From positions 32,511 to 96,510 of the forward strand of contig JAJCYA010000002.1 in the NCBI GenBank assembly GCA_029263095.1: a DNA stretch of 64,000 nucleotides, in the 5' to 3' direction. Made by a program: the position numbers and the translations under genes. The notes under the pieces are model-generated. The model worked only from the letters and a program-made list of their open reading frames with translations, was not told the origin of the DNA and did not search any database. Position 1 is the stretch's first letter; every line of letters starts with the position of its first letter. Below are positions 1 to 10,037 of the stretch, in pieces. Origin of the DNA: Acidimicrobiia bacterium. Lineage in GTDB: Bacteria > Actinomycetota > Acidimicrobiia > Spongiisociales > UBA11373.

Positions 1-1600
1 CGTCTGGGTTCGTTGTGTTGGGCAGATCCTCGTGTTCGCGGAATTCCTGCTTGATGGCCTCGCGTAGATCCTCACCACGCACGCCGCGGGTTCCGTCGGC
101 GATCTGGCGCTTGATCGCCTCCTTCTTGGCACGTCGAACCACGTTCTCGATCATGGCACCCGAGGCAAAGTCGCGGAAGTACAACACTTCCTTGTCGCCG
201 TTTGCGTAGGTCACCTCGAGGAAGCGGTTGTGTTCTGCTTCGCTGTACATGTCGGCGACGACCCCGTCGACCATCTCATCGATGAGGGCGGCCCGATCGC
301 CGTCGTGCCGTTCGAGTTCACCCTCGTCGAGTGGCAGTCCACCGTGGAGGTAGATCTGGTAGATCTCGCGGGCGGCCTCGGCGTTGGGGCGCTCGATCTT
401 GATCTTCACGTCGAGACGCCCGGGGCGTAGGATCGCTGGATCGATGAGGTCCTCCCGGTTCGAGGCGCCGATGACGATCACGTTCTTGAGAGCCTCGACA
501 CCATCCAGCTCCGACAGCAGCTGGGGGACGATGGTCGACTCGACATCCGACGAGATTCCCGTTCCTCGAGTTCTGAACAGGGAGTCCATCTCGTCGAAGA
601 AGACGATCACCGGCACGCCCTCGTCTGACTTTTCCTTGGCCCTGGAGAAGATGAGGCGGATCTGGCGTTCGGTCTCTCCGACATACTTGTTGAGGAGCTC
701 GGGGCCCTTGATGTTGAGGAAGTAGGACCTGGCGTCCTCCCGTCCGGTCTGATTCGCCACTGCGCTCGCCAAGGAATTGGCGACTGCCTTCGCAATGAGC
801 GTCTTGCCGCATCCGGGAGGCCCGTACAGCAGTACTCCCTTGGGTGCCGCCAGCCCATAGTCGGCGAATAGGTGCTTGTGGACGTAGGGGAGCTCCACGG
901 CGTCGCGGATGGTCTCGATCTGACCACCGAGACCCCCAATGTCCTCGTATTGGACATCCGGGACCTCTTCCAGGACCAGTTCAGCAACCTCGGGGCGAAT
1001 GAGCCGCTCATGGACCAGCCCGGTTCGGGGGTCGATCCTCACGTGATCCCCGACTCTGATGAACCGTTCGCGCATCGGTCCCGAGCGTTCGACGACGCGC
1101 TCCTCGTCCGCGCGACCGAGGATGATGATCCTGGTGTCGTCGAGGATCTCTTTGACCGTCGCGACTTCGCCTGTCGGCTCGAACGTCCGAGCATCTATGA
1201 CGTTCATCGCTTCGTTGAGGAGGACCTCCTGGCCCTGCTCAAGTTCCTTGATTTCGATCGACGGCTCGACGCTCACTCGGAGCTTGCGGCCCCCGGTGAC
1301 GACGTCGATCGTTCCGTCGGTATTAGCACCTTGCACAATGCCGAAGGCATTGGGAGGTGCGGTCAGCTTCTCAACCTCGTCGCGCAGAACGGCGAGCTGC
1401 TCGCGCGTCTCTTCGAGAGCCACCGACAGCTTCTCATTCTGGGAGACGGCCTGAGTGAGCCTGCCCTTGGACTCCAAGAGGCGCTCTTCGAGGACGCGAA
1501 CTCGCCTCGGTGCATCCTGGAGACGACGGCGCAGCACAGCGATTTCCTCCTCAAGCATCTTGATCGTGCTGCGAAGTTCGTCGTTGTTCGTTGTTGCCAT
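1..1600 (-). CDS. arc: Proteasome-associated AAA+ ATPase (ARC/Mpa); 3' end runs off the window
   Basis: Absent from the ORF track (no stop in window). Read manually from ATG at 1600: [33 protein letters not shown] coiled coil, Walker [28 protein letters not shown], Walker [28 protein letters not shown]. Lies next to trmI, as is usual in actinobacteria. Confidence 0.96.
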   Translation of the reverse strand, partial: MATTNNDELRSTIKMLEEEIAVLRRRLQDAPRRVRVLEERLLESKGRLTQAVSQNEKLSVALEETREQLAVLRDEVEKLTAPPNAFGIVQGANTDGTIDVVTGGRKLRVSVEPSIEIKELEQGQEVLLNEAMNVIDARTFEPTGEVATVKEILDDTRIIILGRADEERVVERSGPMRERFIRVGDHVRIDPRTGLVHERLIRPEVAELVLEEVPDVQYEDIGGLGGQIETIRDAVELPYVHKHLFADYGLAAPKGVLLYGPPGCGKTLIAKAVANSLASAVANQTGREDARSYFLNIKGPELLNKYVGETERQIRLIFSRAKEKSDEGVPVIVFFDEMDSLFRTRGTGISSDVESTIVPQLLSELDGVEALKNVIVIGASNREDLIDPAILRPGRLDVKIKIERPNAEAAREIYQIYLHGGLPLDEGELERHDGDRAALIDEMVDGVVADMYSEAEHNRFLEVTYANGDKEVLYFRDFASGAMIENVVRRAKKEAIKRQIADGTRGVRGEDLREAIKQEFREHEDLPNTTNPD

Positions 1601-1761
1601 GAGGGCTCACCTCTGGTCCAGACGACCGTGGACCGGGTCTCCCCGGTCCGGGCGCAAAGTATACGCCGCGCCCGGCGGTGAGCCCTTTCTAGGTTGTCTT
1701 GAGTCAAACGCGCGCCTGGGTAGACTCGCCGCATCGCGAGCACCATCGGAGTGTTTTCACC

Positions 1762-2007
1762 ATGAAGGTTTGGATCGATCAAGACCTCTGCACAGGAGAC
1801 GGCCTCTGCGAAGAGATCGCACCAGACGTCTTTGTGCTCCTGGACGACGGTCTGGCCTATGTGCGTGAAGGCGACACGATCTTTGCCGCATCCGAAGGCA
1901 ATTCGGAAGGAGCCGGGGGGCTCGCTCTGGTGCCGGCCGGGCAGGAGGACATCACCATCGAGTCTGCAGAAGAGTGCCCCGGGGAGTGCATCTTCATCGA
2001 GCCGTAG
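1762..2007 (+). CDS. Ferredoxin (single cluster, CxxDxxC...CP)
   Basis: MKVWIDQDLCTGDGLCEEIAPDVF...AEECPGECI; TAGACT -10-like hexamer at 1721. Confidence 0.92.
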   Translation: MKVWIDQDLCTGDGLCEEIAPDVFVLLDDGLAYVREGDTIFAASEGNSEGAGGLALVPAGQEDITIESAEECPGECIFIEP

Positions 2008-2027
2008 GGTCCCGACTCCAGTTCCGC

Positions 2028-2837
2028 CTACCCATCCTCTTCGATGTGGAGCTGAGCTGAAGCGTGGGTGGCGACCGTCAAGAACCCGGTGTGACCCACC
2101 ATTTGAGTTTCGGGGCGAACCGAACGCCCCTCTACTTTCCATTCGCGGTGTAGCCCTTCGAAGGTCTCGGGACCGATGAACCAACCGCAGCGACGCAGTG
2201 TGTCCGTCAGACGCTGTACCTGGGGAACGGTCGGCACGTAGGCACAAACGACTGCACCCGCCGAGAGCAACCCCGCGGCGGCTTCGACGACCGTCCACGG
2301 CTCCGGTAGGTCGAGCATGAGTCGATCCACACCGGGATAGGAATCGAATACGTCGCAGACATCGCCTTCCAGCATCGTGAGGTTGTCGGGCAGACCGCCG
2401 TGGAATCTCGCGATGATCTTGGCTGCATGCTGGCGGTGATCGTCGCGACGTTCGACCGTGACCACGCGTCCTTCCGGCCCGACGGCGCGCAAAAGGGCCA
2501 GGGTCAGAGCTCCGGACCCCGTACCAGCCTCGACCACTGTGTGACCGGGAGCGACATCCCCCCAGTGGATCATCGGGCCCAGATCCTTGGGGTAGATGAG
2601 CTGGGCACCTCGCGGCATCTTGAGCACGTAATCGCTGAGGCGGGGTCGGAGAGCTACGAGCCGACTGTCGGTGTTCGAACGCAAGAGAGATGCCGGCGCC
2701 GCACCAATGATGTCGTCGTGCTTGAGAGACCCGGCGTGATACTGGAACTCGCCGCCCTCGGCCAGATCGATCAGATAGCGCCGCCCCTTGGCGTCGAGAA
2801 GCAGGCAGAGGTCGCCGTTGGCGAAGGGGGTGCTCAC
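2028..2837 (-). CDS. trmI: tRNA (adenine-58-N1)-methyltransferase
   Basis: LKMPRGAQLIYPKD, VVEAGTGSGALT, LDLPEPW, MVGHTGFL motifs; adjacent to arc. Confidence 0.94.
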   Translation of the reverse strand: MSTPFANGDLCLLLDAKGRRYLIDLAEGGEFQYHAGSLKHDDIIGAAPASLLRSNTDSRLVALRPRLSDYVLKMPRGAQLIYPKDLGPMIHWGDVAPGHTVVEAGTGSGALTLALLRAVGPEGRVVTVERRDDHRQHAAKIIARFHGGLPDNLTMLEGDVCDVFDSYPGVDRLMLDLPEPWTVVEAAAGLLSAGAVVCAYVPTVPQVQRLTDTLRRCGWFIGPETFEGLHREWKVEGRSVRPETQMVGHTGFLTVATHASAQLHIEEDG

Positions 2838-2944
2838 CCGTCGCCGAGGAGAGCGGCGAGGTACGGAAGGGTGAGCGACAGCACCATCGTGCCGGCTATT
2901 ACGAAGACGAGGATCTTTACGAATCGTTCGCGGTGTCGGAACAT
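2834..2944 (-). CDS. Small single-TM protein (36 aa) coupled to trmI
   Basis: Manual translation MFRHRERFVKILVFVIAGTMVLSLTLPYLAALLGDG*; its TGA overlaps the trmI GTG (GTGA); TAGAGT lies 8 nt before the ATG. Confidence 0.7.
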   Translation of the reverse strand: MFRHRERFVKILVFVIAGTMVLSLTLPYLAALLGDG

Positions 2945-3035
2945 GACCGGCAACTCTAGAACTCCTCAGACCCGTCGGGGCGGAGTCGACTGTTCTGCCT
3001 CCAGCCAGGACCTGGGCGGCATTACCATCGCAGTC

Positions 3036-3239
3036 GTGGATCCACTACGAACCGGTGCAAGGCTTCTTTCGAGAGGCATGAGAGGTGGCAATGCCGCACT
3101 CACATTCGTCGGGGCCTTCCTAGCCGCCCGCGGGATCCTGCGGTGGCTCGACCGGCCTGACCGAGAGTTGCTCTACTCCAGACGCCTCGCCCCCGGGGAG
3201 AGTCTCAGAATCGGCCTGGTGGAACCCGACGACCAGTGA
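3036..3239 (+). CDS. Small hypothetical protein (67 aa) with one hydrophobic segment
   Basis: 3' part of ORF 2400..3239: (M)DPLRTGARLLSRGMRGGNAALTFVGAFLAARGILRWL...LAPGESLRI; TACCAT-N7-GTG leaderless-type start. Confidence 0.65.
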   Translation: MDPLRTGARLLSRGMRGGNAALTFVGAFLAARGILRWLDRPDRELLYSRRLAPGESLRIGLVEPDDQ

Positions 3240-3302
3240 TCGGTGGTTGAGGCGGCGATCCTCGGCGAACCCAGGCCACCGTGTGCGTCGGGCTCCGGTC
3301 GG

Positions 3303-3500
3303 TCAACCGAGTCGGTAGACCTCAACCAGAGCTGAACCTTTGCGACCCTTCCGTCGGCCCATGAGGTACACGATCAGCAGGAGAACGACCACGCCGATCG
3401 CGGCGGCAACTCCCACGTTGCGGGCGCCTTCGGCCGTTTCGTCGATGACTCCTTGAATCTCTCTGAGCTTGTCCTCGAGGTCGGATCGTTCGACTGTCAC
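3303..3500 (-). CDS. Small membrane protein (helical N-terminus, C-terminal TM, basic tail)
   Basis: (M)TVERSDLEDKLREIQGVIDETAEGARNVGVAAAIGVVVLLLIVYLMGRRKGRK; GTGA overlap with the upstream gene. Confidence 0.75.
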   Translation of the reverse strand: MTVERSDLEDKLREIQGVIDETAEGARNVGVAAAIGVVVLLLIVYLMGRRKGRKGSALVEVYRLG

Positions 3501-3790
3501 TTGGCTGCCCTCCACATGACGAGACCGGTGATGGCGAGGAGCGCGAGGGCGGACGCGATGTAGCCGAGACCACTCCAGATCGCTCCATCCGGCATCGCCT
3601 CCACGATCAGGCGCATACCGACCACAGCCAGGAACAGCGAGGCCAAGACGAACAGGAATGCGGCTGCGAGGCTGAATCCGAAGAGACGCCCCAGCTTCTT
3701 GGCGGGCACAATCGTGTGCTCCCGCAAATACTCCTTGGCGAGATCGATGAACTCTGAGATCAGTTGCGGCAGCTCGGTCGGGCTGGCCAT
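3497..3790 (-). CDS. Phage-holin-like (YqjE/DUF1469-type) two-TM membrane protein
   Basis: ELPQLISEFIDLAKEYLREHTIVPAKKLG followed by two hydrophobic helices. Confidence 0.7.
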   Translation of the reverse strand: MASPTELPQLISEFIDLAKEYLREHTIVPAKKLGRLFGFSLAAAFLFVLASLFLAVVGMRLIVEAMPDGAIWSGLGYIASALALLAITGLVMWRAAK

Positions 3791-3879
3791 CGGGATGCTC
3801 CGGGTTTGGTAGAACCAGGCTACCCGATGCCGTGCCCTGCCCCGGTGTGTTGGGCCACACCCCGGTAATGTCGCCTCTC

Positions 3880-5160
3880 GTGAATGCCAGCAGCCGGTCT
3901 GTCAGCCAGCGCAACCTGAGGCTCATCGTCGTCGGTCAGGGCGTCTCGTACTTGGGCGATTACCTGGCGTTCTTCCTGGCACTGCCCGTGTTCGTGCGGG
4001 ATCGGACCGGCTCAGCCGGGTCGTTGGGGCTGCTGGCGGCAGCCGAGACGGCGGCAGTCCTCCTCTTTGGGCTGATGGCGGGTGTGCTTCTCGACCGTGT
4101 GCGGTTGCGAAGGGCCGTAGTCCTCGCCGACCTGTCTCGCGCCGTCGCCTTTGGACTTCTCGCACTCGCGGTGGCACTCGAGGTCGAGGCAACCTGGATG
4201 GCCTTCGCCGTAGCGTTCGTCGTAGGGTCCATGGGGACCGTGTTCGATTCCGGTCTCCAGAGCCAGATGCCGACGGTTCTGGAGGATGATCAGCTTCCGG
4301 GTGCCAATGCTGGGGTCGAGTTTGCTCGCAACTTGGCCATGACCCTCGGGTTTGTTGTGGGCGGGGTCGTCATCTCGGCGGGCGGGGGGATTGGTGGTGC
4401 CTTCGCCTTCGATGGGCTCACTTACCTGGTCTCGGTGCTCGCCATCCTGGCGCTCAAGGAGTTGCGTCCGCGCCCGAAAGCTCCCGTCGAACCCGTGATG
4501 CAGGCCCTGGCGTCGGGACTTGGCCACCTGTGGTCGACTCGTCCGCTGCGATGGGCGACGGGAGCCGCGTTGATCACGAACCTAGCGTTTGCGCCATTGG
4601 CGGCCGTCATGACTCTCTACGCCGAGGCGGATCTTGGGATCAAGGACGAGCAGCAACTCGGCATCTTCTTCGCTGTCTTCTCTGCGATCGCGGCCCTGGG
4701 CGCTATCTCGGCGTCGCGCCTCATGGCATGGGTCGGGGTCGGGCGGTCGGTGATCGTGGGCGGCCTTCTGTTCGGAGTAGGTGCGGCGGGTGCCGGGGTC
4801 GCTGAAGGCTGGTGGGCTGTGGTGCCATTCGGAATCGGTACGGGTGGGGTTGCGATCAATCAGGCTGCCTTCGTCACTCTGCGTCAGCGGCTCACACCTC
4901 CCGAACGGTTGGGCAGAGTCATCTCGGCCTCCCGTACGATCGCTTGGATGGGAATCCCGATTGGGGCCACCCTGGGAGGTGTGCTGGGAGACGCCATTGG
5001 ACTGCGCGCTCTGTTCATTGGCGGCGGGGCCATAATCGTTGGCGTCTCAATAGTGATGGGAGCCGGTCCCCTCGGACAATCGGATTCGGCCGCAGCGAAG
5101 GCCGACGCTAGGGCCACACGGGTTTTGAGTACAGACTGGCTCAGGGGGGGTGGCGCGTGA
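3880..5160 (+). CDS. MFS transporter (DHA3/MefA-like)
   Basis: GQGVSYLGD, GVLLDRVRLRR motif A, about 12 TM segments, LRQRLTPPERLGRV; start placed at TAATGT-N8-GTG. Confidence 0.9.
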   Translation: MNASSRSVSQRNLRLIVVGQGVSYLGDYLAFFLALPVFVRDRTGSAGSLGLLAAAETAAVLLFGLMAGVLLDRVRLRRAVVLADLSRAVAFGLLALAVALEVEATWMAFAVAFVVGSMGTVFDSGLQSQMPTVLEDDQLPGANAGVEFARNLAMTLGFVVGGVVISAGGGIGGAFAFDGLTYLVSVLAILALKELRPRPKAPVEPVMQALASGLGHLWSTRPLRWATGAALITNLAFAPLAAVMTLYAEADLGIKDEQQLGIFFAVFSAIAALGAISASRLMAWVGVGRSVIVGGLLFGVGAAGAGVAEGWWAVVPFGIGTGGVAINQAAFVTLRQRLTPPERLGRVISASRTIAWMGIPIGATLGGVLGDAIGLRALFIGGGAIIVGVSIVMGAGPLGQSDSAAAKADARATRVLSTDWLRGGGA

Positions 5161-6059
5161 GCGATCGCAAACTCGTGTCGACTGCTGCCGGTCTGCACAC
5201 CGGGCCATTCGGCTGGGTCGAGTGGCTTCTGATGGCAGGCACCGCCATCATGTGGGGGTCTTCGTTTCTATGGATCGCCGAGGCCCTGGAGACAATCGAA
5301 CCGGCCACGGTGACTCTGGGGCGGCTCGTCCTCGGTGCCGTAGCGCTCGGCGCCTCTCGGCGTGCCAGAGCCCCGGTAGACCGAATCGATCGCAGTCGGA
5401 TCGCCCTTCTCGGCATCGTTTGGATGGCTGTTCCGTTACTTCTGTTCCCCATCGCTCAGCAGTGGGTGGACTCGTCGATCGCCGGCATGGTGAACGGCGG
5501 TGTCCCCCTCTTCGCTGCAGTTATAGCTGCCTTGCTGCTGCGCCGGCTTCCGGGGCGAGTCCAGTCTGTCGGGCTCGTGCTCGGCTTTGTCGGTGTCGTC
5601 CTTGTCGCGCTCCCTTCGGTCACGGACGCCGATGGAAGCCCTCTGGGGGTGGGCCTGATCGTGATCGCCACGGTCATGTATGGACTCGCCGTCAACCTGT
5701 CGGTCCCCCTGACTCAGCGGTACGGGGCACTCCCGGTTCTGTGGCGCGCCCAGCTGACGGCCATTGTTGTGACTGCCCCCTTTGGCATCGTTGGGCTGGC
5801 GGACTCGTCGTGGGCGTGGTCAGGCGCAGTGGCGATGCTCCTGCTCGGCGTGTTGAGCACCGGATTGGCCTTTGTGGCGATGGCCGAACTCGGAAGGCGG
5901 GTCGGGCCGACTCGAGGAGCGATCGGGATCTATTTCATACCTGTAGTCGCCATGGTCCTCGGTGTGGTGTTTCGCAGCGAGACGCTTGCGGGGGCAGCCA
6001 TAGCCGGCACAGCATTCATCATCATCGGGGCGTGGCTCAACAGTCGCAGGGAGAGCTGA
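5157..6059 (+). CDS. EamA/DMT family transporter
   Basis: WGSSFLWI, duplicated 5-TM halves, LGVLSTGLAF, YFIPVVAMVLG; GTGA overlap with the MFS gene. Confidence 0.9.
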   Translation: MSDRKLVSTAAGLHTGPFGWVEWLLMAGTAIMWGSSFLWIAEALETIEPATVTLGRLVLGAVALGASRRARAPVDRIDRSRIALLGIVWMAVPLLLFPIAQQWVDSSIAGMVNGGVPLFAAVIAALLLRRLPGRVQSVGLVLGFVGVVLVALPSVTDADGSPLGVGLIVIATVMYGLAVNLSVPLTQRYGALPVLWRAQLTAIVVTAPFGIVGLADSSWAWSGAVAMLLLGVLSTGLAFVAMAELGRRVGPTRGAIGIYFIPVVAMVLGVVFRSETLAGAAIAGTAFIIIGAWLNSRRES

Positions 6060-6108
6060 GTCATGTGTCGATGGCGGCGTACCGAGATCCTGCCGGGATT
6101 GGAGGATC

Positions 6109-7335
6109 TCAGAGGGTGCTGAGTTCCTCCAGGACGCCGAGCACCCGATCGACCTCTTTCGCCGTCGTGTAGTGAACGAATCCGATACGCACCAGCCCGC
6201 CCTGCTCGAGCAGGCCGAGTTGCCGCATAGCTTCGACGGCGTAGTAGTGGCCATCCCATACGTAGATTCCACGTCGGCCCATCTCCGCCGCAACTTCCTG
6301 GGCGCCCATTCCAGCCACGTCGACCGCAAAAGTGGAGACGCGCTGATCTCCGGCATCCGGCGGGCCGTAAAGACGCACGCCCGGCATCTCGGCCACGCCC
6401 GACAGGAATCGGGTGCTGAGGCCGTCCTCATGGGCGCGGATTGCATCAAATGCCGATTGCAGACGGTGGCGACGGTCCTCTCCGGTTCCCAACGAAGCCA
6501 AATAGTCGATCGCGGCTGTAACTGCGGCCAACGACTCGAATGACTGCGTGCCGGTCTCCCACCGATCGGGAGCCGTTTCGGGCGCCGGACGCACCTTGTA
6601 GGGAGTGAGAGTCTCGAGGTGCTCCTTCTTGCCGTACAGCAACCCAGTGTGCGGCCCAAAGAACTTGTAGGCGCTCGCCGCCAGGAAGTCGCACCCGAGC
6701 GTCCTCACATCTGAGAGACGGTGGGCGCTGTAGTGGACGGCATCGACGTACGACAATGCGCCGACAACGGCTGCTGCCTTGACGATCGGAACCAAGTCGG
6801 TCACCGACCCCAACGCATTGGAGGCCGCTGTGACTGCTACGACCCGAGTTCGCTCGTTGATGGCGGATGTGACCGCAACGGCATCGAGCAACCCCGTTGC
6901 AGGGTCGAATGGAACTGGGACGACTTCGGCTCCCTTCTCCTGGGCGACTTCGCGCCACGGAGATACGTTGGCGTCGTGATCCAGGTTGGTGACCACGACG
7001 CGGTCACCCGGCAGCCAGTCCCGTGCGATCGCACGCGACATCGCAAATGTGAGACTCGTCATGTTCTGCCCGAACAGGATCTCGCCTGGGGAAGCACCAA
7101 GTAGGTCGCCGGCCGCGAGGCGCGCCGCATCGGCCAATTCCGCTCCGTCTCTGCTCGCCGCAAAGCTCCCACCGTGGTTGGAGACCCCTTCGCGTAGCCG
7201 CGCTGCAATAGCGTCGATTACGACGCTCGGAACCTGTGTCCCTGCCGGCCCGTCGAGCCAGGCCACTTGCTGCCCATCCTGATGCCGAGAAAGCGCAGGG
7301 AAGGCGGTTCGTACTTCAGCCACGTCATATGCCAT
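6109..7335 (-). CDS. Cysteine desulfurase-like class V PLP aminotransferase
   Basis: LDGPAGTQVP, LDHDANVSPW, YVDAVHY, SAYKFFGPH, WETGTQ, VRIGFVHY; TACGAT-N6-ATG start. Confidence 0.9.
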   Translation of the reverse strand: MAYDVAEVRTAFPALSRHQDGQQVAWLDGPAGTQVPSVVIDAIAARLREGVSNHGGSFAASRDGAELADAARLAAGDLLGASPGEILFGQNMTSLTFAMSRAIARDWLPGDRVVVTNLDHDANVSPWREVAQEKGAEVVPVPFDPATGLLDAVAVTSAINERTRVVAVTAASNALGSVTDLVPIVKAAAVVGALSYVDAVHYSAHRLSDVRTLGCDFLAASAYKFFGPHTGLLYGKKEHLETLTPYKVRPAPETAPDRWETGTQSFESLAAVTAAIDYLASLGTGEDRRHRLQSAFDAIRAHEDGLSTRFLSGVAEMPGVRLYGPPDAGDQRVSTFAVDVAGMGAQEVAAEMGRRGIYVWDGHYYAVEAMRQLGLLEQGGLVRIGFVHYTTAKEVDRVLGVLEELSTL

Positions 7336-7615
7336 GGGAAGATCGTAGGAGGTCCCCTGTTGCGTCAACGGAGATGTTCCACACCGAGCTGTTCACAGTC
7401 GCGCCGAGCACACCATTTCAGACGTGATCAATCGCGACGACTCCGGTTGGCGACTACTGCGCAGCCGTTGCCCCGACCTTCGATATGACCCTGATCGCCC
7501 TTGCCGCGCTCGGCGTGCGCCCGGCGCTATGTAAGGCCTTGCGAATCTGACCCGCGGTACGGTTTGACGGCTAGATCCTCAGAGCCGCGGACGCGGTCGA
7601 GGTCTAGCGGCCGGT

Positions 7616-8260
7616 CTACTCCCTAACGAAGTAGTCGAAGGCGATGATCGACGCCACCTGCCGGTCAATGGTCCAGGCAGTGGCCCAGGCATGCGCCGTG
7701 TGGGCGCCATCCCACACCGACTCGGTGGCCCAGCAATCGGTGATGCTGCCGGGCGCTAGGTAGGTGTCGTCACACCAGACGTGGCCGAATCCTTCGAGAT
7801 AGACGTAGACCCCCCAAAGCTCCTCATCGCCGCTGTTCTCGACCTCGAAGTACCACTCCACCAGGTCCTCGTCCTCGAGGATCACGGTCTCCTTGCCGTC
7901 ACGCGGGCCGACGAGTTCTGCGCTCAAGGTGAGGGTCCCGTCGGGTGCGGGACCGGAGGGGACCGTGGTGGTGGTCGTCGTTGGCACCGGGACGGTCGTC
8001 GTAGCAGTCGGTTCGACCTGCTCGACCGGGACCGGGTCCTCGGCTTGTCCGTCGAATAGCGCGCTATCAGGAACCGACACCACTGGATCAGAGATGGAGT
8101 TCTGGATCACATTGGGCGTGGTTGTGGGGACGGATGCAGGGCCGACGGGCTCGGTGGCCTGTGACCCTGCCGTGAGGCGTGGGCTCAGGGCGAGAAACCC
8201 GGCAAAGAGGACCCCGGCGATGACGGCGATCATCACGGTTCGCCCGACGTTGTCTGACAT
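7616..8260 (-). CDS. Membrane-anchored or secreted protein with Thr/Pro linker and C-terminal Ig-like domain
   Basis: N-terminal TM, PTTTTTT stalk, beta-rich acidic C-terminus (WYFEVENSGDEEL...LAPGS). Confidence 0.7.
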   Translation of the reverse strand: MSDNVGRTVMIAVIAGVLFAGFLALSPRLTAGSQATEPVGPASVPTTTPNVIQNSISDPVVSVPDSALFDGQAEDPVPVEQVEPTATTTVPVPTTTTTTVPSGPAPDGTLTLSAELVGPRDGKETVILEDEDLVEWYFEVENSGDEELWGVYVYLEGFGHVWCDDTYLAPGSITDCWATESVWDGAHTAHAWATAWTIDRQVASIIAFDYFVRE

Positions 8261-8363
8261 GAGATAACCCCTCGACTACCTGTAGTGGCTACATGCCCAC
8301 TCTAAGCGGTGCTCCCTTCTGCGGCCAGGGAAGCCGGGGATCATTCCGGATCGGTCGCCGTGA

Positions 8364-10037
8364 CTAGTACCCGGCGCCGATCTCACTCAATACGAGTCGT
8401 GCCATCTCAGCATGCCCCAATTCGTTGGGATGAAGAGTCCCCGAGGTGAGAAACCGCGGCGTTGGTCCCTGCAACGCAGCGCTCTGACTGGCTGTCCTGT
8501 ACCAAGAGACTGCTCCATCATTTTGCAGGACGGGAGCACCGTGGCGTCCCGGGGGGCGATACCAGCCGTCCGTGTAGTCGATGCGGCGCCGGGAGAGGAG
8601 AGGAGAATCCTCGAAGTCACCGGGATACCCGTAGTCCGGCCAGGGAGCGCAATACCCGTGACCCCGAGTAAAGCCGGCGGCCACGCGCCCCACCCAGGTC
8701 CACCCGTGAGCGTCGGCCGCAGCCTGCAGCGAGAGATTGAGTGGCTCCAGAAGACGCTGAACGGCAGCCGTCTGCTCCCGATCGTCGACCTCGTGAAATC
8801 CGAATGGCGGCGTCACATCACCGACGATCTCGTCACACTGTCCGCCGTCGGGGCTCCCGCCCGTCGGATTGGGGTACTCGACAAGGACGACACGATCGAT
8901 CGTGAAGGACTCGAGTCGGTCCGCCAGTCGTCCAAAGGCCCGGTCGAGCCCCTCGAGACCGGGCAGGACGCTCCGCGTGCCTCCCACCGATCTGCACCCG
9001 ATGTCGAACGGTGCGTCGTATGTGACGCTTACTCCCCTGTCCCACACACCGTCTTCGGCCGACGACCACAGATTGTCGATCAATACCTCGTAACAGAAAG
9101 GGTTGAACAGCGGGTCGGCTTCGACCAGGGCCCGGATGATCCTCGAGAAGCCGACGTCGTTCCCTCCAACCTGTATCAAAAGGATGTCGATCCGCCGATC
9201 CCCGACTATGCGTTCGACATCGTCCAACTGAGCGGGGATCGCCGGATCGGAACGCGGCCGGAGCAGGCCGCTGTCGATCCGGGCACCCGACGCAGCGAGA
9301 TCCACGAAGGTCACAGATGTCCGGTGCTCCCCATCTTCGAGCGCCAATGCCACCTGCGCCGGCCACCCGACGGATGAGCGGTGGGCGAGCGCATGACTTT
9401 CCACGGCTGCGGGATCGGCCGCGTCCGCCCAGGAAGTCACACCGTCGACCATCGGTATGTCAGGGCTTCCCTCGCCGCTGGGGTAGGAATCGCCGATGGC
9501 CACGACCAGGATGTCATCCACGACCATTGACCCCCGGCTGTGGAGTGTGATGCTCCCCCACGGCAATCGCACACGAACCCGGAGGTCGACGTCGTGCTCC
9601 CCTTCGGGAAGCAGCAGCTTGAGATCGGGCCTGGGCCGATGGTATGTGCCGGACCCGGCAGGACCGGAAATGCGCCACTCGTAGGTCACGAAACCTGCCT
9701 CGGGCAATCCGATGTCTGCCGGAGTCGGCGTCGCCACCAGTCGGACCGGTAGCCGGATGGCGGGGCATTGCCTGGGACAGCTATCGGGGACCCTGTTGTG
9801 GGTGTACTCCGGGGAGTTCTCGATCTCGACCAGCCCGTCTCCATCGGCATCGAGCCCAAAGCGCGGCTCCATCGACCAGTCGAATGAGGCTCTCGTCGGC
9901 GTCTCCTGGGCGATCGACACCGTAGGCAACACTTCGAGCAGACCGGTGATGACAATGGCGACTGTCAGCGCGGCGAACCACCACCCCTCTCGTGGCGGAG
10001 GCACGAACGAGGTCGCTGGGGATGACTCCGATCTCAT
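8364..10037 (-). CDS. Secreted SGNH/GDSL hydrolase with N-terminal beta-sandwich region
   Basis: Blocks IGDSYPSGEG, AASGA, VGGNDVGF, TLHPNELGH; signal peptide; DADGDG motif; ATGA overlap with the kinase stop. Confidence 0.85.
   Translation of the reverse strand: MRSESSPATSFVPPPREGWWFAALTVAIVITGLLEVLPTVSIAQETPTRASFDWSMEPRFGLDADGDGLVEIENSPEYTHNRVPDSCPRQCPAIRLPVRLVATPTPADIGLPEAGFVTYEWRISGPAGSGTYHRPRPDLKLLLPEGEHDVDLRVRVRLPWGSITLHSRGSMVVDDILVVAIGDSYPSGEGSPDIPMVDGVTSWADAADPAAVESHALAHRSSVGWPAQVALALEDGEHRTSVTFVDLAASGARIDSGLLRPRSDPAIPAQLDDVERIVGDRRIDILLIQVGGNDVGFSRIIRALVEADPLFNPFCYEVLIDNLWSSAEDGVWDRGVSVTYDAPFDIGCRSVGGTRSVLPGLEGLDRAFGRLADRLESFTIDRVVLVEYPNPTGGSPDGGQCDEIVGDVTPPFGFHEVDDREQTAAVQRLLEPLNLSLQAAADAHGWTWVGRVAAGFTRGHGYCAPWPDYGYPGDFEDSPLLSRRRIDYTDGWYRPPGRHGAPVLQNDGAVSWYRTASQSAALQGPTPRFLTSGTLHPNELGHAEMARLVLSEIGAGY

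Noticed and set aside
872-1681. Long + strand ORFs opposite arc, and similar antisense ORFs elsewhere (2400-3035, 8412-9377, 48819-50201, 60253-61320)
   Set aside because: Shadow frames of high-GC coding genes; the opposite strand carries clear family motifs.
1762-2007. Ferredoxin inverted between trmI and arc as a novelty
   Set aside because: To my knowledge a similar arrangement occurs in other actinobacteria, so it is ordinary synteny.
3303-3790. Holin-like genes as evidence of a prophage
   Set aside because: This family pair is commonly chromosomal in actinobacteria, and no endolysin, capsid, terminase or integrase is nearby.
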